Source: Acidobacteriota bacterium
Lineage (GTDB): Bacteria > Acidobacteriota > Vicinamibacteria > Vicinamibacterales > UBA2999
Reading direction: 5' to 3'
Assembly (NCBI GenBank): GCA_016190945.1
Contig: JACPPO010000014.1
Location: 6,303 to 70,302, forward strand
Length of the DNA stretch: 64,000 bases
A model generated the notes under the pieces. It saw only the letters and a program-made list of their open reading frames with translations. It did not search any database and was not told the DNA's origin. Positions 49,806-58,878 of the stretch are shown in pieces (positions within the stretch are counted from its first letter, which is position 1; each line of letters starts with the position of its first letter). Made by a program: the position numbers and the translations under genes.

Positions 49806-52115
49806 GTGATCATCCGCTCCGTCGCGGTGCTCGGCGCGGGAACAATGGGAGCGCAGATTGCCGCGCACTTTGCGAACGCTGGCGTCCCCGCGCTGCTGCT
49901 CGACCTCACCGCCGAGGTCGCGATACAGGGCCTCGACCGCGCGCGGCAACTGAGACCGGATCCGTTCTTCACGCCGGACACAGGGAAGCTGATAACGACC
50001 GGGAGCTTCGACGCCGACCTGGCGCGCATTCGTGAGAGCGACTGGATTATCGAGGCGATCGTCGAGCGGCTCGATATAAAGCGTGGCCTGCTGGAGAAGG
50101 TTGACGCCGCACGGCGCGCTGGCGCGATCGTCAGTTCCAACACTTCTGGAATTCCGATCGCGGCGCTGGCCGAGGGGCGAAGCGACGACTTCCGGCAACA
50201 CTGGCTCGGCACCCATTTCTTCAACCCGCCGCGCTATCTCCACCTACTGGAAGTCATTCCCACCCCTGAGACGAAACAGGATGTCGTCGACACGGTCGGC
50301 CACTTCGCCGACCACCGTCTCGGCAAAGGAGTGGTGATTGCGAAGGATTCACCGGCCTTCATCGGCAATCACATCGGCCTCTACGGCATGATGCGCATCC
50401 TGACCAAGGTCGCCGGCGGCGACTATACGATCGACGAAGTCGACGCCGTCACCGGCCCTCCCCTGGGACGGCCGAAGAGCGCGACGTTCCGTACGCTCGA
50501 CCTGGCCGGCCTCGACATCCTCGGCCACGTCGCCAACAACCTGCGCGAGCGGCTCGGAAGCGCGTCCGGCGCCGGGGTCTGGACGCTGCCACCGTTCTTT
50601 GTCCGGATGCTCGAGCGCGGGTTGACTGGCGAGAAGGCGGGCCAGGGGTTTTACAAGCGCGTCAAGCAGCCGGACGGCGAGTCGCAGATTCTAACGCTCG
50701 ATCCGGCCACGCTGGAGTACCGCGCCAAACAGCCGGCGCGAATTGGATCGCTGGACGCAACGGCATCAATGCCGGATGCCCGCGAGCGCGTGCGAACGCT
50801 CTTCCACGCGCCAGACAAGGCGGGCCGCCTTCTTCGCGAAACACTCGCGCCGACGCTCGTCTACACGGCGGGCGTCACGCCGGCCATCGCGAATTCACCC
50901 GACGATGTCGATCGGGTGATGCGATGGGGTTTCGGCTGGGAGCTTGGCCCGTTCGAGCTGATTGACGCCATCGGGGTGCAACAGGTCGTCGATGCGGCAC
51001 GCGAGACCAGTCCGGAACTCCTGGAGGGCGGGATCCCGCCACTGCTGGAGGAGGCGCTGCGCGACGGCCGCAATGCCGTTCGCGGCGGCGACGTGCCGCC
51101 CGCCGCACCCGATCTGCAGATTCTGCGCACGGCAAGGGAAAGGGCCGCCGTCGCGAAGAAGAACGCCGGTGCCAGCCTTGTCGACCTCGGAGATGGCGTG
51201 CTGTGCGTTGAGTTCCACTCCAAGATGAACATCGTGGGCGTGGATACGATTCAGATGCTGCAGACCGGCGTCCGCGAGGCCTCCCGCAGCTTCGCGGCGC
51301 TCGTGGTCGGCAACGACGCTCCCAACTTCTCCGCCGGCGCCAACCTAATGCTCGTGCTGCTGGAGGCCCGGGAGGAGAACTGGGAAGAAATCGACCTGAT
51401 GATCCGGGCGTTTCAGCAGACGACCATGGCGCTGCGCTACGCCGACGCGCCGGTCGTCGTCGCCCCCGCAGGCCTCACGCTCGGGGGCGGGTGCGAGATT
51501 GCGCTGCATGGCGACCGGGTGCAGGCTGCGGCGGACACTTTCATGGGGCTGGTCGAAGTCGGAGTGGGCCTGATTCCGGCGGCAGGCGGCACCAAGGAGA
51601 TGGTGGCGCGGGCGGCGGAGGGTATGCCGCCCGGAACGTCCGATTACCTGCCGCCGATTCAGCGTGCGTTCGAGACTGTCGCCTTTGCCAAGGTGTCGTC
51701 CAGCGCTCCGGACGCCCAACGGCTGGGCTACCTGCGACCCGTCGATGCTTTCACGATGAATCGTGAGCGATTGCTCGCCGACGCGAAGGCACGGGCCCTG
51801 CAACGGGTCAGCGAGGGGTATCACCCGCCACCGGCGCGGACGGCGATTCCCGTCGGCGGCGACGCGGTGCTGGCGCCGCTGAAACTCGGTATCCACCTCG
51901 CGTGGCGGGCGGGCCGAATCAGCGATTACGACGCGCTCGTCGGCCGCAAGCTGGCGACGGTCATGGCTGGAGGGGCGTTGCCACATCCAACGACGGTCAC
52001 GGAACAGGAGTTGCTGGATCTGGAACGCGAGGCGTTTCTGAGCCTTGTTGGTGAGCGAAAGACTCTGGAGCGGATTCAGCACACGCTCAAGACCGGAAAA
52101 CCGCTGCGAAACTAG
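49806..52115 (+). CDS. Bifunctional 3-hydroxyacyl-CoA dehydrogenase / enoyl-CoA hydratase family protein (FadN-type order)
   Basis: N-terminal NAD Rossmann motif VAVLGAGTMGAQIA and a C-terminal crotonase-like half (VGNDAPNFSAGANL). Probable start is GTG 49806. Confidence 0.9.
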   Translation: MIIRSVAVLGAGTMGAQIAAHFANAGVPALLLDLTAEVAIQGLDRARQLRPDPFFTPDTGKLITTGSFDADLARIRESDWIIEAIVERLDIKRGLLEKVDAARRAGAIVSSNTSGIPIAALAEGRSDDFRQHWLGTHFFNPPRYLHLLEVIPTPETKQDVVDTVGHFADHRLGKGVVIAKDSPAFIGNHIGLYGMMRILTKVAGGDYTIDEVDAVTGPPLGRPKSATFRTLDLAGLDILGHVANNLRERLGSASGAGVWTLPPFFVRMLERGLTGEKAGQGFYKRVKQPDGESQILTLDPATLEYRAKQPARIGSLDATASMPDARERVRTLFHAPDKAGRLLRETLAPTLVYTAGVTPAIANSPDDVDRVMRWGFGWELGPFELIDAIGVQQVVDAARETSPELLEGGIPPLLEEALRDGRNAVRGGDVPPAAPDLQILRTARERAAVAKKNAGASLVDLGDGVLCVEFHSKMNIVGVDTIQMLQTGVREASRSFAALVVGNDAPNFSAGANLMLVLLEAREENWEEIDLMIRAFQQTTMALRYADAPVVVAPAGLTLGGGCEIALHGDRVQAAADTFMGLVEVGVGLIPAAGGTKEMVARAAEGMPPGTSDYLPPIQRAFETVAFAKVSSSAPDAQRLGYLRPVDAFTMNRERLLADAKARALQRVSEGYHPPPARTAIPVGGDAVLAPLKLGIHLAWRAGRISDYDALVGRKLATVMAGGALPHPTTVTEQELLDLEREAFLSLVGERKTLERIQHTLKTGKPLRN

Positions 52116-52117
52116 GC

Positions 52118-52180
52118 GGTAGTTCGTAGCTGGTAGTTGGCAGCTGGTAGTTGGTAGCTGGTAGTTGGTAGCTGGTGGTC
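52118..52180 (+). repeat. Nine tandem heptamers: GGTAGTT CGTAGCT GGTAGTT GGCAGCT GGTAGTT GGTAGCT GGTAGTT GGTAGCT GGTGGTC
   Basis: Read directly from the sequence. The array fills almost the whole 65-nt gap between the stop at 52115 and the ATG at 52181. Confidence 0.92.
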
Positions 52181-52990
52181 ATGAAGATCATCGACCGTGG
52201 CGGCGGAACGCCGGTTGTCGTCATCCCCGGCATCCAGGGGCGATGGGAGTGGATGAAGCCGGCGATCGATGCGCTCGCGCGACGCTGCCGCGTGATCACT
52301 TTCTCGCTCGCCGACGAGCCCACCTCCGGCGCCCGGTTCGACGAAGACCTCGGTTTCTGGTGCTACGTGGAGCAGGTGCGCGAGGCACTGGATGCAGCGG
52401 GAGTAAAGCAGGCGGCGATCTGCGGCGTGTCCTGGGGCGGGCTGGTTGCGGCGGCGTTCGCCGCGCGGCACCCCGATCGCACAGCATCGCTGGTGCTCGT
52501 GTCCGCGCTGCCGCCCTCGTGGAGGCCCAATGCGCGCGTCACCTTCTACCTGCGCGCGCCACGGTTGCTGACACCGTTGTTTCTGCTCGCGTCACTTCGG
52601 ATGTATCGGGAGATTGCCACCGCCAACGCGGGAGTCATCCGAGGCTTCCCGGCAGCGACCCGCCACGGCTGGCGCGTCGTCACGCACATGTTCTCGCCTG
52701 GACGCATGGCGCGGCGAATTCGCCTGATGGAATCGGTTGACCTGCGACCGGAGCTCTCGCGCATCACGCAGCCGACGCTGGTTGTCACGGGCGAGTCGTC
52801 TCTGGACCGCGTTGTCCCGGTACACGCGACCCGCGAGTACGCGCAAGTATTGCCGCACGCCAGCACGGCGACGATCGCGCGCACCGGGCACCTCGGGTCG
52901 ATCACGCGCCCGGCGGCGTTTGCCCGCCTGGTCGTCCCGTTTGCCGAGCGCGCGGCTCACGATGTTGATACCAGGAGGCGTGTTGGCTGA
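52181..52990 (+). CDS. Alpha/beta hydrolase
   Basis: VVVIPGIQG.. and nucleophile elbow GVSWGG, with a C-terminal ARTGHL. Confidence 0.85.
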   Translation: MKIIDRGGGTPVVVIPGIQGRWEWMKPAIDALARRCRVITFSLADEPTSGARFDEDLGFWCYVEQVREALDAAGVKQAAICGVSWGGLVAAAFAARHPDRTASLVLVSALPPSWRPNARVTFYLRAPRLLTPLFLLASLRMYREIATANAGVIRGFPAATRHGWRVVTHMFSPGRMARRIRLMESVDLRPELSRITQPTLVVTGESSLDRVVPVHATREYAQVLPHASTATIARTGHLGSITRPAAFARLVVPFAERAAHDVDTRRRVG

Positions 52991-53621
52991 GCCGGTGCGC
53001 CGAATTGCGGGACCGGCGGGACCTCTCGAGGCGCTGCTCGACGAACCTGCCGGCCCGCCACGGGCGGCCGTCGTCTTCGCGCATCCGCTGCCGACCGAAG
53101 GGGGCACCATGCATACGAAGGTGGTGTTCCAATCGGCAAAGGCGCTGGCTCAGATCGGCTGCGTGGTGCTCCGCTTCAACTTTCGCGGCGTCGGCCTGAG
53201 CAGCGGAGAATGGGACAACGGCCGCGGCGAGCTCGATGATTTCAGGGCGGCGGTCGCGTTCGTGGCAGCCGAGTATCCTGATCTCGAGATGTGGGCGGCG
53301 GGCTTTTCCTTCGGCTCGTACGTCGCAACGACCGTCGGCGCGAACGAGGACCGCGTGTGTGCGCTCATCGCCATCGCGCCGCCCGTGCACAAGTACGAGT
53401 TCGCGTCGGTGAAGATGTCGCCGAAGCCGAAGTTCATCATTCACGGCGAACGCGACGAGCTCATCTCGCTCAAGCGGGTGCGCCATTTCTATGCACAACT
53501 TCAGGAGCCCAAGGAACTCGTCGAGATCGACCGCGCCAACCATTTGTTCGACGGCCAGGCGAGCGAAGTCGGCGACGCGCTGGTGGATCTCCTCGAGGAT
53601 TTCTCATGCAGGACGCAGTAA
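52962..53621 (+). CDS. Alpha/beta hydrolase (COG2945-like)
   Basis: AVVFAHPLPTEGGTMH, GFSFGS and IIHGERDELI. Start at ATG 52962. Confidence 0.8.
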   Translation: MLIPGGVLAEPVRRIAGPAGPLEALLDEPAGPPRAAVVFAHPLPTEGGTMHTKVVFQSAKALAQIGCVVLRFNFRGVGLSSGEWDNGRGELDDFRAAVAFVAAEYPDLEMWAAGFSFGSYVATTVGANEDRVCALIAIAPPVHKYEFASVKMSPKPKFIIHGERDELISLKRVRHFYAQLQEPKELVEIDRANHLFDGQASEVGDALVDLLEDFSCRTQ

Positions 53622-54787
53622 TCGTCTCCGCCACGCGGACCGCCGTGGGCAAGGCGCCCAACGGCACACTGAGGACCGTGCGCCCCGATGAAATGGCCGC
53701 TGCGGTCATTGCGGAGGTGCTGCGGCGCGCGTCCGGCATCGAGCCGGCGGACATTGACGATGTGATTCTCGGCTGCGCGATGCCGGAGGCCGAGCAGGGG
53801 CTGAACGTGGCCCGCATCGCGAGCCTGCGCGCGGGCGTGCCCGTCGCGGCGTCCGCGGTCACCATCAACCGCTTCTGCTCGTCGGGCCTTCAGTCGATTG
53901 CCTTCGCCGCCGAGCGCGTCATGTGCGGCTTTGCGCAGAGCGTGGTCGCGGGCGGCACCGAGTCGATGAGCATGGTGCCGATGGGAGGCAACAAGATCGC
54001 GCCGAACCCGGCGCTCGTGGACAGTTATCCGGACGTCTACCTGAGCACCGGACTGGTGGCGGAGAACCACGCGCGCGAAAGCGGAATCAGCCGCGAAGCG
54101 CAGGACGGGTTTGCGCTGCGCAGCCATCAGCGCGCGCTTGCCGCCATCGACGCGGGCCGATTTGCCGAAGAGATCACGCCGCTGATGTTCCGCGTCACAG
54201 CGCCCGCCAATGGATCCGGCACGCGGGAAACGCGTGAGCTTACCTTCACCCAGGACGAAGGGCCGCGGCGCGACACGTCACCGGAGGCGCTTGCCAAGCT
54301 TCGGCCTGCCTTCCATGCGGCTGGCACCGTGACGGCCGGCAACTCATCCCAGACGAGCGACGGGGCGGCGGCGGTCCTCGTCACATCGGGGCAGCTGGCC
54401 AAGGCGCGCGGACTGCAGCCGCTGGGGCGCTTCGTGGCCTTCGCCACGGCGGGCGTGGAACCCGAGCGGTTCGGGATCGGCCCGGTCCCGGCGATACGCA
54501 AGGTCCTGAAGCTGGCGGGCCTGTCGCTCGACGACATCGGCCTGGTGGAACTGAACGAGGCGTTTGCCGCGCAGGTCCTCGCCTGCCTCCGCGAACTGCC
54601 GATCGATCCGGAACGGCTCAACGTCAACGGCGGTGCGATCGCGCTGGGACATCCGCTTGGCTGCACGGGCGCCAAGCTCACCGCGACTGTCCTCCACGAG
54701 ATGCGGCGGCGCAACGTCCGCTACGGCATGGTGACGATGTGCGTGGGGGGTGGCATGGGAGCGGCGGGAATCTTCGAGCGGATGTAG
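53606..54787 (+). CDS. Acetyl-CoA C-acyltransferase (thiolase)
   Basis: MQDAVIVSATRTAVGKA, active-site NRFCSSGLQS, ELNEAFAAQ and CVGGGMG. Confidence 0.95.
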   Translation: MQDAVIVSATRTAVGKAPNGTLRTVRPDEMAAAVIAEVLRRASGIEPADIDDVILGCAMPEAEQGLNVARIASLRAGVPVAASAVTINRFCSSGLQSIAFAAERVMCGFAQSVVAGGTESMSMVPMGGNKIAPNPALVDSYPDVYLSTGLVAENHARESGISREAQDGFALRSHQRALAAIDAGRFAEEITPLMFRVTAPANGSGTRETRELTFTQDEGPRRDTSPEALAKLRPAFHAAGTVTAGNSSQTSDGAAAVLVTSGQLAKARGLQPLGRFVAFATAGVEPERFGIGPVPAIRKVLKLAGLSLDDIGLVELNEAFAAQVLACLRELPIDPERLNVNGGAIALGHPLGCTGAKLTATVLHEMRRRNVRYGMVTMCVGGGMGAAGIFERM

Positions 54788-54796
54788 GAGAAGAAC

Positions 54797-56572
54797 ATGG
54801 ATACGGTAAGCGACGTCCGGAAAGGCGGCGCGTGGCTGCTGGAGGATGTGGAACCGTCGGAGGTGTTTACGCCGGAGAAGTTGTCCGACGAGCATCGCCT
54901 GATGGCACAGACCACGGACGAGTTCATCGAGACCGAGGTGCTCCCGAATCTCGACAAGCTCGAGACGAGGAATTGGGAGCTTGCGCGCAAGCTGATCCGC
55001 CGCTGCGGCGAGCTGGGCCTGCTCGGCACGAACGTGCCGGAGCAGTACGGCGGCCTCGATCTCGACAAGGTCTCCTCGCTCATCATCGCGGAGCACATCG
55101 CACGCTCCGCGTCGTTCGCGACGACCTACGGCGGTCAGGTCAACCTGTGCATCCTGCCCATCGTCCTTTTTGGCACCGAGGCACAGAAACAACAGTATCT
55201 GCCGAGGCTCGTCGCCGGCGAGCTCGTTGGGGCCTACGCGCTCAGCGAATCGGGTTCAGGCTCCGACGCGTTTGCCGCCAAGACGCGGGCCGTTCGCGCG
55301 CCCGATGGGGCGTGGACCCTTAATGGCGAGAAGATGTGGATCACCAACGGCGGCTTTGCGGACGTCATCATCGTGTTCGCGAAGGTTGACGGCGAGCACT
55401 TCACGGCGTTCATCGTCGAGAAAGCCTTCCCCGGCGTGAGCGCCGGCAAGGAAGAGCACAAGATGGGGCTCCACGGCTCGTCGACCACTCCCGTTCTCCT
55501 GCAGGATGCCAGGATTCCCGCGGAAAACGTCCTGGGTGCGGTCGGCAAGGGCCACAAGGTGGCGCTCAACACGCTGAACTTCGGGCGGTTCAAGCTGGGG
55601 GGCATGAGCGTCGGCGGCTGCCGCTCCGCGATTGGAGACGCCGCGCGGTACGCGGCGCAGCGCAAGCAGTTCGGCCATGCGATCGCGAGCTTCGGCGCCA
55701 TCAAGCACAAGCTCGGCGAGATGACGGCTCGGACCTACGCGATGGAGAGTCTCATCTACAGGACCGCGGGGTTGATCGATGCGGCGCTGGCGGGCACGGC
55801 GCACGACGGCGCCGCGGTGGCCCACGCGTTCGAGGAGTATGCCGTGGAAGCCTCGATTGCCAAGGTCGGCGGCACCGAGACACTTGATTACGTGCTCGAC
55901 GAGAACGTGCAGATTCACGGCGGCAACGGCTTCGTGAAGGACTACAGCGCCGAGCGGTACTACCGAGACGCGCGTGTCAACCGGATCTTTGAGGGAACGA
56001 ACGAGATCAACCGCATGCTGATCCCCGGCATGCTGATCCGCCGCGCGCTCAAGAGCGAACTTCCGCTCGTTCCCGCCGCCAAGCAACTGCAGAACGACCT
56101 CCTGTCGCCCTCGATGCCGGCCACCCCCTTCACCGATGACGGCGTCCTGGACGAGGAACTCCGCGTTGCGGCGGCGTTCAAGAAGGTGGCCTTGATGGTA
56201 CTCGGCACGGCGATGCAGACCTACGGGGAGAAGCTCACTGACGAGCAGGAGGTCCTGAGCTACGCGGCCGACATCATGATCGACACCTACGCCGCAGAAA
56301 GCGCCGTGCTGCGGGCGCGCGCCGCGGCCACCGCAGCACATCCGCATGCGGATCTCCACGAGGCCGCCGCGCGGACCTTCGTCAACGACGCCGCCCAGCG
56401 TCTTGATGCCGCCGCCCGCAGCGCCCTGGCGGCGATGGCCGAGGGCGATACGCTCCGCACGCTCCTGGCCGCGCTCCGCCGCTTCCTCAAGGTCACGCCG
56501 GTCAATACCGTCGCGCTGCGGCGGCGCCTCGCCGACGCGTCGGTGGATCGAGGGCGGTATATTCTTGAATAG
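54797..56572 (+). CDS. Acyl-CoA dehydrogenase (long, ~590 aa type)
   Basis: YALSESGSGSDA, GNGFVKDYSAERYYRDARVNRIFEGTNEINR and a C-terminal extension. Confidence 0.93.
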   Translation: MDTVSDVRKGGAWLLEDVEPSEVFTPEKLSDEHRLMAQTTDEFIETEVLPNLDKLETRNWELARKLIRRCGELGLLGTNVPEQYGGLDLDKVSSLIIAEHIARSASFATTYGGQVNLCILPIVLFGTEAQKQQYLPRLVAGELVGAYALSESGSGSDAFAAKTRAVRAPDGAWTLNGEKMWITNGGFADVIIVFAKVDGEHFTAFIVEKAFPGVSAGKEEHKMGLHGSSTTPVLLQDARIPAENVLGAVGKGHKVALNTLNFGRFKLGGMSVGGCRSAIGDAARYAAQRKQFGHAIASFGAIKHKLGEMTARTYAMESLIYRTAGLIDAALAGTAHDGAAVAHAFEEYAVEASIAKVGGTETLDYVLDENVQIHGGNGFVKDYSAERYYRDARVNRIFEGTNEINRMLIPGMLIRRALKSELPLVPAAKQLQNDLLSPSMPATPFTDDGVLDEELRVAAAFKKVALMVLGTAMQTYGEKLTDEQEVLSYAADIMIDTYAAESAVLRARAAATAAHPHADLHEAAARTFVNDAAQRLDAAARSALAAMAEGDTLRTLLAALRRFLKVTPVNTVALRRRLADASVDRGRYILE

Positions 56573-57189
56573 TGATCTTCGGGGTTAGGTTCGCTCTAAT
56601 CGCGCTCGCGATCGCGTCGCTGACTGCGTGCTCGTCAGGGCCTTCCGCGCCAGACGACTCGGAGTACGTGGAACAAGTCGCGGCCGCGCGCGCGTACAAG
56701 GACCAGCACTTTCGGGAATCGCCGGAGTCGCCGATTCCTTCGGACAAGCGCGACGCCCTGCTGCCGCTGCGCTACTTCCCGATCGACCCGAACTACTCCG
56801 TGCCTGCCGTGCTGCGACTTGCGGACGAGCGCCCGGTCTTCGAGATGCCGACTTCGACCGGCGCGCTTCGGAAGATGCAGCTCGTTGGCGTTCTCGAATT
56901 CACGCTGCAGGGCGAGACGCGAAGCCTTGGCGCGTTCGTGCCGGACGGCACCGATCGGATCACGAACCTGTTCGTGCCCTTCGCCGACGAAACCACGGGA
57001 ACCGAGACTTACAGCGCCGGTCGCTACCTCGACATCGACCCGACGACGACCGGGTATTACACGATCGATTTCAATCGGGCCTACAATCCGTATTGCGCTT
57101 ACAACGCCGCCTACGAGTGCCCGTTTCCGCCGCCGACGAACCGCATGAAAGCCGCGATCCGCGCCGGTGAAAAGGGGTCCGGCGCATGA
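56572..57189 (+). CDS. DUF1684 domain lipoprotein
   Basis: Lipobox LTAC in the signal peptide, RYFPIDPNY, and GTETYSAGRYLDI...FNRAYNPYCAYN..ECPFPP. Confidence 0.8.
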   Translation: MIFGVRFALIALAIASLTACSSGPSAPDDSEYVEQVAAARAYKDQHFRESPESPIPSDKRDALLPLRYFPIDPNYSVPAVLRLADERPVFEMPTSTGALRKMQLVGVLEFTLQGETRSLGAFVPDGTDRITNLFVPFADETTGTETYSAGRYLDIDPTTTGYYTIDFNRAYNPYCAYNAAYECPFPPPTNRMKAAIRAGEKGSGA

Positions 57190-57887
57190 CCGTGGCGCTC
57201 CAGGCGATCGTCTTCGATTTCGATGGGGTCATCGCCGACAGCGAGCCGCTTCACCTCCGCGCGTTCCAGCAGGCGCTCGGGGAGGAAGGCATCGAACTGA
57301 GTTCAGCCGACTACTACTCGCGCTATCTCGGCTACGACGATGTCGGCCTGATGCAGGTACTGGCAGCGGATCGCGGAATCGCGATGAACGATCGGCGGAT
57401 CACGGCGCTCGTGGCGCGCAAGGGCAACAGGCTTCAGGAGATGCGACGCGACGGCCATGTGCTGTTTCCAGGTGCCGCCGAGTTCATCCGCAGCGCTGCC
57501 GCCGAGGTGCCGCTCGCCATTGCGTCCGGAGCCTTGAAGCACGAGATTGTGGAAATCATCGGGGCCGGCGGCATTGGGGAACTGTTCACGGCCATCGTCG
57601 CCGCCGGCGACACGCCGCAGTGCAAGCCCTCCCCCGCCCCATATCTCCTGGCGTTCGAACGGTTGCGCCGGGGCACGGGACGCGATCTCGACCCGCGGCG
57701 ATGCGTGGCGATCGAGGATTCACGGTGGGGACTCGAGTCCGCCCAGGCTGCCGGGTTACGCTGTGTCGGGGTGACGCACAGCTATTCGGCGGTGGAACTG
57801 CCGGGCGCCGAGCTGGTGGTTGGCAGCCTCGGCGAGCTTACGCTACCGGCGCTCGACCGCCTGTGTGCCAGCGAACATCATGCGTAA
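57186..57887 (+). CDS. HAD-superfamily hydrolase (beta-phosphoglucomutase-like subfamily IA)
   Basis: VFDFDGVIADSE, ..ASGA.. and VAIEDSRWGLESA. Confidence 0.88.
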   Translation: MTVALQAIVFDFDGVIADSEPLHLRAFQQALGEEGIELSSADYYSRYLGYDDVGLMQVLAADRGIAMNDRRITALVARKGNRLQEMRRDGHVLFPGAAEFIRSAAAEVPLAIASGALKHEIVEIIGAGGIGELFTAIVAAGDTPQCKPSPAPYLLAFERLRRGTGRDLDPRRCVAIEDSRWGLESAQAAGLRCVGVTHSYSAVELPGAELVVGSLGELTLPALDRLCASEHHA

Positions 57888-58758
57888 GGGCCTTGTCGAC
57901 GCGCTGATCGCCGCGTCCAACGCCTCCGGCACGGGGCTGGCGCAAGCGGCGCTCGTCATTTCCCGGATCGAGTATCCGCGCCTCGATGCGTCCGCGTATC
58001 TGGCTCGCCTGGACGGCATGGGCGACGCCGCACGCCGGCGCATCGAGCAGCACGTGGATGAGACCGGCGACGGTTCCACGCTGTCCTGCATCAAGGGCTT
58101 CAACGCCTATCTGTTCGACGAGCAGCGGTTTGTCGGCAACCGCGACCGCTACGAGGACCCGCGCAACAACTGCCTGAACGAAGTGCTCGACCGGCGAACT
58201 GGCATTCCAATCACGCTGTCGGTGGTGTACATGGAGGTCGGACGCCGCGCCGGCCTTCAGGTCGACGGGGTGAACTTTCCCGGCCACTTCCTGGTGCGCT
58301 TCCCGGAACCGGCCGGCCGCGGGCCCCGCGGCCTGATCGTCGACCCGTTCCATGCCGGCGCGCTGCTGTCAGAGCGCGACTGCCGGATGCTGCTCCAGGG
58401 GCACGTCGGCTCCGAGGTCGCCTTCAGCAAGTCGCTGCTGGCGCCGGCGACGCGTCCGCAGATCATCGTCCGGATGCTGCTGAACCTGAAGCGCATCTAC
58501 GTCCACATGCGCTCGTTTCCGCAGGCGCGCGACATCACGGAGTTGCTGCTAGCGGTAACCCCCTCGGCGCTCAGCGAATTGCGCGACCGCGGCCTGCTGG
58601 CCTACCACCTGAACGACATCACCGGCGCGCTGCGCGACCTACAGACCTACCTCAAGCTGGCGGGCATGGGCGAGATGGACCGGGAGACGCGGGAAGAGCA
58701 CCAGCAGATCTGGGAGCACGTGAAGACGCTCCGCCGCCGCGTCGCGGCGCTCAATTAA
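57880..58758 (+). CDS. SirB1-like protein (transglutaminase-like N-terminal domain plus TPR)
   Basis: ISRIEYPRLD..YLARLD.., NFPGHFLVR, and a C-terminal TPR-like LRDLQTYLKL. The family call is moderately confident. Confidence 0.68.
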   Translation: MRKGLVDALIAASNASGTGLAQAALVISRIEYPRLDASAYLARLDGMGDAARRRIEQHVDETGDGSTLSCIKGFNAYLFDEQRFVGNRDRYEDPRNNCLNEVLDRRTGIPITLSVVYMEVGRRAGLQVDGVNFPGHFLVRFPEPAGRGPRGLIVDPFHAGALLSERDCRMLLQGHVGSEVAFSKSLLAPATRPQIIVRMLLNLKRIYVHMRSFPQARDITELLLAVTPSALSELRDRGLLAYHLNDITGALRDLQTYLKLAGMGEMDRETREEHQQIWEHVKTLRRRVAALN

Positions 58759-58878
58759 CGCCTGGTCTTGTCCGCCCAACGAGTAGTCGGCCGAACTCAA
58801 CAAGCGAGTACGCTGGCCACGGCCGCGCTGTAACGCGGCAGGTGGTTCGGCTCCGTGCCCGCGGAGAGGAGAGGCGCC

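Noticed and set aside
52118-52180. A CRISPR array or coding tandem repeat as an interpretation of the heptamer arrays.
   Set aside because: The period is 7 nt with no spacers and no cas genes. The plus strand has stops in all frames, and the open minus-strand frame lies antisense between two well-defined plus-strand genes.
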